The position numbers were made by a program, and so were the translations under genes. Positions 46,905 to 55,282 of a stretch of DNA of 64,000 nucleotides are shown in pieces. The notes under the pieces were generated by a model, which saw nothing but the letters and a program-made list of their open reading frames with translations, had not been told where the DNA came from and made no database searches. Numbering within the stretch: the stretch's first letter is position 1; every line of letters begins with the position of its first letter. Origin of the DNA: Lentisphaeria bacterium (lineage in GTDB: Bacteria; Verrucomicrobiota; Lentisphaeria; JABSQK01; JAWLHB01); contig JAWLHB010000035.1 of the NCBI GenBank assembly GCA_041690595.1, forward strand, positions 1-64,000, read 5' to 3'.

Positions 46905-46991
46905 CGTTGCCTCCAGAAGTCTGCGTTCTTCGCACGTCAAAGCGAGGATAGTGTACACGCTCAACTCGCTCCAGCCAAGCGCATTGGTGAG

Positions 46992-49340
46992 TTACGGTTG
47001 GGGTGGGGGATGAAGGCGGAAGCTGTGGGTGGCGGGGGGCTTGACGGTGAGGGTGATGGTGTTGACGGGGCCGAAGGGGGTATCGTCGTCGGTGCCGAGG
47101 GGCTGGACCATGAAGGTGCCGGGAAGGTGGATGGTGTGGTCGCCGCCGCGGGCGGTGTGGAGGGAGACAAAGTCGGCGGAGGCATGGATGACGGCGTCCT
47201 CTTCGGACCAGACGTGGCAGCCTGCGTGGCGCGCGGCTTCGCGCAGGAGCTGGGGCGGCATCGGCACGGCGGGGCTGAAGATGACGGAGTGGTCGGCGAA
47301 GTCATGGATGAAGGGACCGGGACGGTCGAAGAAGTAGTAGTAGAAGGCGGCGCCGAGGGGAGTGACGGAGGTGCCGGCGGGGAGGCGCTGGGCTTTGGGG
47401 ACGAGGAGTGGGCCGAAGGGATAGGTATCGCCGTAGGTCATGGTGGGGAGGCGGTCGGAGATGGGGTGGCCATGGTCCTGGAGGATGACGCGGCGATTGG
47501 TGGTCTTGTCGATCAGCTCCATCTCGACGCCGAAGAGGCGGGTGGCGGCGTCGGCGCTCAGGCCGCTTTCCGTGTTGATGCCGGTGGCGGGGCCGAAGAT
47601 GGCGACATGCCCGCGGGTGAGGATCTTGTCGCGGAGCAGCCGTTCGGTCTCGGCATCGATGCGGAAGAGGTTGGGGAAGAGGTAGCATTTGTAGTCAGGG
47701 AAGTTGGGGAGGGCGAGGTCGGAGAGGAGGTGGATGCGATAGGGGATGCCGCAGAGGGCGAGTCCTTCCTCGAGCTGGCGCTGGAGGGCAATGTGCTGAT
47801 AGCCGGAAGAGAAGTCTTCGTAAAGGGGTGAGTTGTCGTCGACGACAAGGCAGATGGCATCGGTGGTTGGCTCCCAACGGCTGACGCCGGTATCGGATAT
47901 GAGGGCGACCTGGCGCTTCATGACCTCGACGATGGGGGGCTCGTGATACCACCAGTTGCCGGCGAAGACGGAGCAGTAGTAGAACATCTGGTTGCGGGAG
48001 AGGGCCCATGCGAGGGTGCGGTCGAAGCCGGCCTTGACTTCGGGCTGAGTGAGGAAGGCGCCGGCATCGGGGATGAGGGTTCCTTCGGGGCGGTACTTGC
48101 TGGCGAGGTCGCGGTTGACCCAGGTGCGCATGTCGGCTTCCATGAAGTTGACTTTGCCGCGGAGAGTGAGGCTGTCGGTGAGCCCTTCCGCTTCCCAGGC
48201 GTAGCCCATGGCGCGGTTGTAGTACATGCCGGGGGTCTGGATCATGTCGAGCCCGGGATGGTCGAGGAGAGGAGCGGCGCCGAGTTCGCCGGTGGCGAGC
48301 ATGATGGCGGCATAGGTGTCGAGGGGGTTGTCGGCCCAGTCGGCTTCGAAGCTGGCGTTGTGGAGCCAGCCGAGCATGTGCTGCTTGAGGTTGTCGGCAC
48401 CTTTGAGCACGGGGCGCGCGGCGGTGGCGGTCTGAAGGGCGGTGAAGGCGGCGGACCAGTAGCGGTGCCAGAGTTGCTTCTGGAGCAGGAAGTAGTCGAG
48501 TTCGCGCTGGACGAGGGCGGGTTCCGGCCAATGCTTGAGGTGGAGCTCCTGCTTTTTGGCGAACCAGCCATCGCGCGTGGGAACTGTGACGTTGGCGAGG
48601 GTGACAGCGGGCTCCCGCCAGGCATGCTGGAGGGCTGCATCGGTTTCGTACTTTTCCGCGGCGAAGACTCTGAAGGCATCCTGCATGACGGGGCTGTCGT
48701 CGAAGAGTTCGTTGAAGAGGGCGACTTCGGTGGCGCCTTCGCCAAAGACGAAGAGGGTGTAGCCGACAATGCGGTTGCGCCATGGCTGTCGCTCGCACCA
48801 GGCGACGGTGTCGCGGATGGTCTGTTCGGCGGCGGCGAGAGCGTCGGCGGAGGCGAGGGAGGGAAGGATGCCCTTGCCGTCCTTCAGCATGCCGCCGCCA
48901 TGGGCGTTGATGGTGGGATAATGATCGGGGTGCGCGGCGCGCCAGGCGGTATCGGGAATGATGCTGAAGCGCATGATGAAGCGGGCATCGGGAGCGAGCT
49001 GGAGCATGCCGGCGACCTGTTCGGGCCAGGAGTGCGGCCGCGGCTCGACGACGGGTTCGCCATCGAGGGAGGTGAAAGGATTGTCCCAGTAGCCGGCCCT
49101 TTCGGTTGCCCAGAGGGGGAGCTGGAAGAGGCGGATCCCTGCCTCGACGGGCGGCTGCTGCTTGGGCTTCCAGGCTGCGACGGAGTGATCGACGCCCATG
49201 CTGAAGGCTGCCCAGGGAATGACGTCGCCGGTCGATGCCTGGATGACGGTGCGACCCTCGCGCTGGACGAGAGCGTAGGAGACGAGATCGTCCGCCCGAG
49301 TGAGGGGCAGGCAGGCGATGAGGAGGAGGAGAATGCGCAT
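46992..49340 (-). CDS. Secreted GH42-like (beta-galactosidase-like) protein
   Basis: Signal peptide ending TRA, AGIRLF, PSLAS, IVGY...GEGATE, MEADMRT, and a trimerisation-like domain YKCYLFPNLF. Confidence 0.55.
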   Translation of the reverse strand: MRILLLLIACLPLTRADDLVSYALVQREGRTVIQASTGDVIPWAAFSMGVDHSVAAWKPKQQPPVEAGIRLFQLPLWATERAGYWDNPFTSLDGEPVVEPRPHSWPEQVAGMLQLAPDARFIMRFSIIPDTAWRAAHPDHYPTINAHGGGMLKDGKGILPSLASADALAAAEQTIRDTVAWCERQPWRNRIVGYTLFVFGEGATEVALFNELFDDSPVMQDAFRVFAAEKYETDAALQHAWREPAVTLANVTVPTRDGWFAKKQELHLKHWPEPALVQRELDYFLLQKQLWHRYWSAAFTALQTATAARPVLKGADNLKQHMLGWLHNASFEADWADNPLDTYAAIMLATGELGAAPLLDHPGLDMIQTPGMYYNRAMGYAWEAEGLTDSLTLRGKVNFMEADMRTWVNRDLASKYRPEGTLIPDAGAFLTQPEVKAGFDRTLAWALSRNQMFYYCSVFAGNWWYHEPPIVEVMKRQVALISDTGVSRWEPTTDAICLVVDDNSPLYEDFSSGYQHIALQRQLEEGLALCGIPYRIHLLSDLALPNFPDYKCYLFPNLFRIDAETERLLRDKILTRGHVAIFGPATGINTESGLSADAATRLFGVEMELIDKTTNRRVILQDHGHPISDRLPTMTYGDTYPFGPLLVPKAQRLPAGTSVTPLGAAFYYYFFDRPGPFIHDFADHSVIFSPAVPMPPQLLREAARHAGCHVWSEEDAVIHASADFVSLHTARGGDHTIHLPGTFMVQPLGTDDDTPFGPVNTITLTVKPPATHSFRLHPPPQP

Positions 49341-49504
49341 GGTGAACTCCAGGGTGTGGTGTGGCGCCTGCTTCAAAGAGTACCGCGGCAACGGAAGCGG
49401 TCAAGCGCATCCGGCATCGTGCTTGTATGGCAGGCGAATGGCGAGTAGACTTTGAGAGGGCATGAAGTCTGGTGGCTGCGAAAACGCGAAAGGGTAGAAG
49501 GGTA

Positions 49505-52402
49505 ATGGAGACGATCAAGTTGTTGTGCGTGCGGGATGCGGAGGCGCTGGGGAAGCGAATGATGACGGCGACGGGCGCGTATCGCCGGCATCTGGAGCAC
49601 CTGTTGTGGGTTGCCCGGCACTGGCCGGAGCACGAGGCGTACCTCTTGGAACGTTTGCACGTGGTGCCGGAAGGGCTGGTTCGCCCGATGGTGCGTCCGG
49701 ACGAAACGGCCTACTGCTGCCTGGCGTGGTTGCTGACGGGCGAACGCTCCATGGCCGAGCAGGCCCGCGAACGGCTCCTGGCGCTGGCCGATAGCGTCGA
49801 GGTGCGGGAGCGTGGCGAATGGACGCAGACGCATACTTGGTGCGATGCCTTTCCTTTCGGTCGCTGGCTGATCCTGTACGACTGGGTCTGGGACAGCGGT
49901 GTCTTCAGCGAGGCGGATCATGCGCGGCTCAAGGAGCGTTTCCTGCATTACCTCTGGGTGCATCCGTATCAACGGATGAAGGCGCGGCCGATCGAGTTGA
50001 CGAGTGGCAACAATCAGAACGCGGCGATGGCATTGGCGTGCGCGGTGGGCGGGTATCTGTACGGAGTCAAGCGCGGGCACGATCCGCGAGCGGGGCAGTT
50101 GCTGGAGCAGGCCGCCCCGCATCTGGTGGAGTTCGTGACGGCCTTCCCCGCCGGTGGCTACAGCTACGAAGGATCCACGTACATGGGGGCGGTAAATGCC
50201 TACATGCTGCCGCTGGCGCTGGAGGTGGCCGAAGCGATCACCGGCGTGGACCTCTTCGATAGCCGCGCCGGAGAGACGTGCGCCTCGCCCCGTGAAGTCT
50301 TCCACGCCATCATGCGCCTGGCATGCCCGAGCGGGCTGACCCTGCCGTGGGACAATTACGGCTACGAGCCCGCGCGCTTTACCTCCGCCGCGGCTTACCT
50401 GGCCCAGCGCACCGGTGACGATGCGGCGCTGGCCTTTCTCGACCGGCAGGGGAGCATCGAACGGCCGAGTCACAGCGGCTGGGGATTCGATCAGCGCCTG
50501 TGGACGCTCCTCTTCTGGCCCCAGGCGCTGCACAGCACCGCGGCCGACTTCGACTTCAACATCGCTGCCCCCAGCCTCGGCGCGGGGATGGCCGGACCGG
50601 AACAGCGTCTCTTTGCCTACCAGATGTGGGACAAGTGCCACTTTCCGCCCGGGCGCGCGCAATTCAATCCCAACAACCTCATCCTCGAGTACGACGGGGC
50701 GCCACTGCTGGTCGACGGGCGCGCCATCGAGCTGCCGAAGCAGGAACATTTTCAGCTCCCGAAGTACAGCTTCATGCGTCCGGACACCAACGTGGTGTCG
50801 AGTTTCGGCGGCGGCACGGTCGGCGCGCACAACTGCATCTTCTTCGACGGGGAGGAGGAGTATGCGCCGCATCGCTCGGCGGAGGGGTGTCTCCTCGCAT
50901 CGGATTATGTTGAGGGGGCCGCGCTGGTCGAGGCGGATGTGACAGACAACTATCAGCCGCGTTATGACGTGACGGTGGTGCGGCGCGCAACGCTGGTCGT
51001 GGGCGATGAGTTGGTCGTGGTGCGGGATCGGATCGTGGCGGAAAGCTCGCACCGGGTCAGTTGGCGGGCGCATCTGCGTGGCGGCGATCTGGCGGTCGAG
51101 GGTGGATATGCGCAACTGACGGCCGCGGACCGAACCCGGCTGCAACTGTGCGCCATCGATGGCCGGGAGTGGACGCACCGGCGCTTTGAGGATTCCGAAC
51201 GGATAACCCGAAGCGATGGAAATCTGGAGGGGATCTGCCATGAGTTGACAACGACCAGCGAGGGCCGGGAGCTGGATCTGATGACGGTGCTGGTGCCCTC
51301 CGCGGGGTTGGCGCCCTGGATCCCGTTGCAGGAGAGCCTGGAATGGCGTTGGGCAGCGGATATGGAGGCGGCCGAAGCGCTTCGGCGCGACTGGCCGGGT
51401 GGCGAAGCTCTGGATGCCGCACGTGGTGGCTGGTTTTACACGACGAACGAGCATCGGCCGGGGGTGGGCGTCTATCGCACTCGGTTCACGCTGGAGGCGG
51501 AGGTGCCGGCGGGGGTGGTGCTGCGGGTGCCGCAACTGTTGCGCAGCTCGGTGGTGCATGTCAACGACGTGGCGTACCCGATCGAGATCGGGTGGGAAGG
51601 CAATCCGTTGCTGCCGCATCTTCTGGCGATCGGTCCATCCCTGCGCAAGGGGGAGAACACGATCGACCTGCTGATTCCGTCGACGCTTGAGTTCTCGTTC
51701 TTTGGGCGATTGGAGCTGCTGGCGGCGACGGCCGAAGCGCCGCGGCTGCGCTGCGAGCGGCAGGAGCCGTCGCGGCTGGTGGTGGAGGCGCTTGGCCGCA
51801 CCTGGCGTATCGACTGGCGCGACGATGTGGTGCTGGTACAGGTGGACAACGACGTTGAGCTTCGCCTCGACCCCACCGCGCAGCGCAAATTGCCCCCAGT
51901 TGTGCTGAAGGATGCGCCCGCGCCAACGGCCGCCACGCAGTTGGCTCATGAGGCGGTGGCAAGGCAGGCTCCCATGCGCCCGCGCCCGGAGGCCGACCTT
52001 CTGCGCGATGTGCGCGGTTCCGAGTGGCTGGTGCAGCTCGCGGCGCTGGAGGAAGCGCTTCATGCGCCCACACAGCCGCTCGCCGAAGCGGCGCTCGAGC
52101 TGCTCGACTGGGAGATGGCGCATCACGATACCCTTGCGAAGCGGGCCGGTGACGATATCTGCTGGTATCGGCTGAAGGCCGCCGCCGCGCATCTGCTCGG
52201 CGCCGCCCGTTGCGAGGCCGCCGTTGACAGACTGGGCAAGCTGCTGCTGGGGAAGGACTTCTATCCTGCCCGGGTAGCCGCTGCCCAGGCATTGAGCGCC
52301 ATCGGCACTCCCGCGGCAAGGGAGTTCCTGCGTCAGGTATCTGTCAGCGACGAGGTCAACACCTGGCTCACCGCCAGGAAAGGGCTGGAGCAGGAAGTCT
52401 AG
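49505..52402 (+). CDS. Heparinase II/III-like protein with an extra beta-sandwich and C-terminal HEAT repeats
   Basis: Helical N-terminus with NNQN and GGYSYEGSTY, AHNCIFFDG, VVRDRI, GVGVYRTRFTL...LRKGENTI, HEAT-like AAAHLLG and AAAQALSAIG. No signal peptide. Confidence 0.65.
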   Translation: METIKLLCVRDAEALGKRMMTATGAYRRHLEHLLWVARHWPEHEAYLLERLHVVPEGLVRPMVRPDETAYCCLAWLLTGERSMAEQARERLLALADSVEVRERGEWTQTHTWCDAFPFGRWLILYDWVWDSGVFSEADHARLKERFLHYLWVHPYQRMKARPIELTSGNNQNAAMALACAVGGYLYGVKRGHDPRAGQLLEQAAPHLVEFVTAFPAGGYSYEGSTYMGAVNAYMLPLALEVAEAITGVDLFDSRAGETCASPREVFHAIMRLACPSGLTLPWDNYGYEPARFTSAAAYLAQRTGDDAALAFLDRQGSIERPSHSGWGFDQRLWTLLFWPQALHSTAADFDFNIAAPSLGAGMAGPEQRLFAYQMWDKCHFPPGRAQFNPNNLILEYDGAPLLVDGRAIELPKQEHFQLPKYSFMRPDTNVVSSFGGGTVGAHNCIFFDGEEEYAPHRSAEGCLLASDYVEGAALVEADVTDNYQPRYDVTVVRRATLVVGDELVVVRDRIVAESSHRVSWRAHLRGGDLAVEGGYAQLTAADRTRLQLCAIDGREWTHRRFEDSERITRSDGNLEGICHELTTTSEGRELDLMTVLVPSAGLAPWIPLQESLEWRWAADMEAAEALRRDWPGGEALDAARGGWFYTTNEHRPGVGVYRTRFTLEAEVPAGVVLRVPQLLRSSVVHVNDVAYPIEIGWEGNPLLPHLLAIGPSLRKGENTIDLLIPSTLEFSFFGRLELLAATAEAPRLRCERQEPSRLVVEALGRTWRIDWRDDVVLVQVDNDVELRLDPTAQRKLPPVVLKDAPAPTAATQLAHEAVARQAPMRPRPEADLLRDVRGSEWLVQLAALEEALHAPTQPLAEAALELLDWEMAHHDTLAKRAGDDICWYRLKAAAAHLLGAARCEAAVDRLGKLLLGKDFYPARVAAAQALSAIGTPAAREFLRQVSVSDEVNTWLTARKGLEQEV

Positions 52403-53022
52403 TCGTTGGGATCGAGGCCGTGGACCCGCTTCTCGATGTTTTCGAGGAGTTCCTGAAAGGACCTGCGCTCGAGGATGCTGCTGAACTGGTCGCGATAGTT
52501 TGAGACCAGGCGGACCCCTTCGACCTTGATGTCGTAGACCTGCCAGTTTCCACCCTTCAGATGCAGGCTGTAGTCGATACTGATGGTGGTTTTCTTTTGC
52601 GTGTCCCGCTCGACCATGTCGACGAGGGTGGTGACCAGTGCCTTGTCGTCCCGGCTCTTTTCGCCGATCATGCGGATGGTGACATCGGTCCTGTCACGGT
52701 TGTAGCCATCGAGGCTGTCCATGTAACTGGCTTCGAGAAGCTGGCCAAAGAGGTCGACGAAGGTGCGCTGATCTTCGATGGTTTGCAGTTGCCAATGACG
52801 GCCGAGGCAGCGCTTTGCCATCTCATCCCAATCGAAGTAGACGTCGACGGTATGGCGCACGCTCTTCCGCCTTTCGGCCTTGTGTTCGTCACCTTGTCTG
52901 GCTGGATCGGTGAGGGCCTCCAGTACCTCTCGAGTACCGTCCTGAACGACGTCGCTGGGGCTCTTGGGGGCCGCCGAGGCATGAATGCCGAGGAGGAGGA
53001 TGAGGGTGATCAGGTATCGCAT
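52399..53022 (-). CDS. mlaC: MlaC/Ttg2D phospholipid-binding periplasmic protein
   Basis: Signal peptide, FDWDEMAKRCLGRHW, WQVYDIKVEGVRLVSNYRDQF. Confidence 0.9.
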   Translation of the reverse strand: MRYLITLILLLGIHASAAPKSPSDVVQDGTREVLEALTDPARQGDEHKAERRKSVRHTVDVYFDWDEMAKRCLGRHWQLQTIEDQRTFVDLFGQLLEASYMDSLDGYNRDRTDVTIRMIGEKSRDDKALVTTLVDMVERDTQKKTTISIDYSLHLKGGNWQVYDIKVEGVRLVSNYRDQFSSILERRSFQELLENIEKRVHGLDPND

Positions 53023-53056
53023 GGAATGATCCTCTTTATGAAGGGTGGTAAAGGGA

Positions 53057-53503
53057 CTATTGATCGGAGACGTCGCCAAAGGCAAATTTACCGATGAGAT
53101 CTTCGAGGTCGATGGCGGACTGGGTTTCCCACATCTCGGCGCCGGGCTCCAGATACTTATCGGATCCGCCGGGGCTGATGGCGAGGAACTTCTCGCCGAT
53201 CAATCCGCGTGTCTTGACGGCGACGATGGCATCTTCGCGGATCCGAACGTCGGGAGTGATGATCATCTCTACCCGTGCCTCGTGTCCACTGAGAGTGATG
53301 GACCTGACCCTGCCGATCTCGACGCCGGCAATCGTCACACTGGCGCCGGTGCGCAGACCGCCGCAGTTGGCGAACTCCGCGTGGATTGGGTACCCCTTGT
53401 CGCCGACCTCCATGCGTCCGAGGCGTACGGAGAGCCAGGCGAGGCAGAGAATGCCGATGATGCCGAATATGCCGACCGCGAGTTCCACGTGTTTTCTATG
53501 CAT
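53057..53503 (-). CDS. mlaD: MlaD (MCE domain) lipid asymmetry maintenance protein
   Basis: ELAVGIF TM anchor, GGLRTGASVTIAGVEIGRV, TRGLIGEKFLAISPGG. Confidence 0.93.
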   Translation of the reverse strand: MHRKHVELAVGIFGIIGILCLAWLSVRLGRMEVGDKGYPIHAEFANCGGLRTGASVTIAGVEIGRVRSITLSGHEARVEMIITPDVRIREDAIVAVKTRGLIGEKFLAISPGGSDKYLEPGAEMWETQSAIDLEDLIGKFAFGDVSDQ

Positions 53504-53507
53504 GCCT

Positions 53508-54281
53508 TTATTCCGTTGAGTAGGTTGCTACCGCTTCCGCGGTAATTTGAGTCACTTGACCATCGAGAAGTTCGCGGACAAAGGGCTCATCGCTCCTGCG
53601 CAGCTCCTCCGGTTTGCCCGTGATCAGGATCCGCCCTTCATGAAGAATAGCGGCCCGAGTGGCGATGGCGAGACTCTCCTGGATGTGGTGCGTGATCATG
53701 ATGCCGGCGAAGCCAAGACGCTGCTGGCAGTCACGGATAAGCTTCAGAATGGAGCGGGCGATGATCGGATCCAACCCCGTGGTCGGCTCATCGAAGAGGA
53801 CCAGTTCGGGCTCCATGACCAGCGTTCTGGCGAGGGCAGCGCGTTTGAGCATGCCGCCGCTCAACTGGGAGGGCAGCTTCTGTTCGGCGCCCGTCAGGCT
53901 CACGAGGGAGAGTTGCTCCAGCACCCGCGCCTTCACCTCGCGCTCGGAGAGCTTCAACTTTTCGCGCAGGGGAAAGGCGACGTTGTCGAAAATCGTCAGC
54001 GAATCGAAGAGAGCGCCGCCCTGAAAGACAAAGCCGAGGCGCATGCGCACCTGCCGCAGCTCGCGCCGCGACAGCGACGACAGATCCTTCCCATCGACCC
54101 GGACGGAACCATGATCGGGAAGCAGCAGCCCCGCGATGTGCTTGAGCGTCACGCTCTTGCCTTCGCCGCTGCGCCCCATGAGCAGCAGCAGCTCTCCGCG
54201 CTCCACCGTCAGGGATACGGAACGCAGAACCGGTACGCCGTCGAAGGCCTTGGCAATGTTTTGGAGTTCAATGAAGGACAT
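53508..54281 (-). CDS. mlaF: MlaF ABC transporter ATP-binding protein
   Basis: GRSGEGKS, FQGGALFDS, LSGGM, LFDEPTTGLDP. Confidence 0.93.
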   Translation of the reverse strand: MSFIELQNIAKAFDGVPVLRSVSLTVERGELLLLMGRSGEGKSVTLKHIAGLLLPDHGSVRVDGKDLSSLSRRELRQVRMRLGFVFQGGALFDSLTIFDNVAFPLREKLKLSEREVKARVLEQLSLVSLTGAEQKLPSQLSGGMLKRAALARTLVMEPELVLFDEPTTGLDPIIARSILKLIRDCQQRLGFAGIMITHHIQESLAIATRAAILHEGRILITGKPEELRRSDEPFVRELLDGQVTQITAEAVATYSTE

Positions 54282-54283
54282 GG

Positions 54284-55078
54284 TCAGAACAACAATAGGG
54301 TCATGAAGTAATCCCAGACCAGAATCAGCACCGAGGAGATAACCACCGCTTCGGTAGTCGCCTTGCTGACCCCTTCCGAGGTGCGCGCGCTGTTAAAGCC
54401 CTTGTAGCAGGAAACCCAGGTGATGATCACGCCGAAGGAGATTGCCTTGTACATGCCGCCCAGGATGTCGCTCATCTCCACGTAGCTGACCATCTCGCCG
54501 AAATAGGTGCCGGCACTCACGTCCAGCATGCGCACGCCGACGAGGTAGCCGCCGAAGATACCGATGGCGTCGAAGAGGGCCACCAGCAGCGGCATGCAGA
54601 TCAGGCTCGCAATCAAACATGGCGAGACGAGGTAGCGGAATGGATTCAGCCCCATCAGTTCGATCGCATCGATCTGCTCACCCGTGCGCATCACCCCGAT
54701 CTCCGCGGCGATGGCGGAACCTGCCCGCCCCGTCACCATCAGTGCCGCGATCACCGGCCCAAGTTCCCGGATCAGGGAAAGGCCGACCAGCGGCCCCAGA
54801 AAGGCATCGGATCCGAAGCGGCTGAGCGCCTGGTAACCCTGCAGGGCGAGCACCATCCCCGTAAAGATGCCCGTGAGCATGATGACGATCAGCGATTGGA
54901 AGCCAATGAACGAGATCCGGTACAGAATGCTTCGCAGCTTCCATGGCGGCGTGGCCGTCACCATCACCATCTCGATGAAAAAGAGACTCATGGCGCCAAT
55001 GGCCTCGACGCCGCGCCTCAGCCATCGACCGAAAAGCTGCACGCGTGCCAATACGAAATTCTGGTACTGATCAGGCAT
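54284..55078 (-). CDS. mlaE: MlaE ABC transporter permease
   Basis: GMVLALQG, RELGPV, GRAGSAIAAEIGVM, EQIDAIELMG, GVSKATT. Confidence 0.94.
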   Translation of the reverse strand: MPDQYQNFVLARVQLFGRWLRRGVEAIGAMSLFFIEMVMVTATPPWKLRSILYRISFIGFQSLIVIMLTGIFTGMVLALQGYQALSRFGSDAFLGPLVGLSLIRELGPVIAALMVTGRAGSAIAAEIGVMRTGEQIDAIELMGLNPFRYLVSPCLIASLICMPLLVALFDAIGIFGGYLVGVRMLDVSAGTYFGEMVSYVEMSDILGGMYKAISFGVIITWVSCYKGFNSARTSEGVSKATTEAVVISSVLILVWDYFMTLLLF

Positions 55079-55282
55079 AATAAGGAGGCTTTTGCCAGGA
55101 CTGTTGGGCTAGGGCTTCATTAAAGTCGGACAACATACTACGCTTTGCGGGAATTGGAACCGTGACCTCCGCAATATAAGTGAGGGAGCAAGCGCCTGAC
55201 ACGCCGGAAGATCGCCTGCTTCCCCCGGGAAACAGCTCTTTCAGCCTGGACATCACGGCGAAGCGATCACCAGTTCGCGCTC

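Noticed and set aside
45723..49518. 702-aa (+), 501-aa (+) and 607-aa (-) ORFs
   Set aside because: Antisense or off-frame to jetA and the GH42-like gene; low-complexity translations.
49373..52192. 939-aa minus-strand ORF
   Set aside because: Antisense shadow of the 49505-52402 gene; Arg/Gln/His-rich with no motifs, typical of GC-rich DNA.
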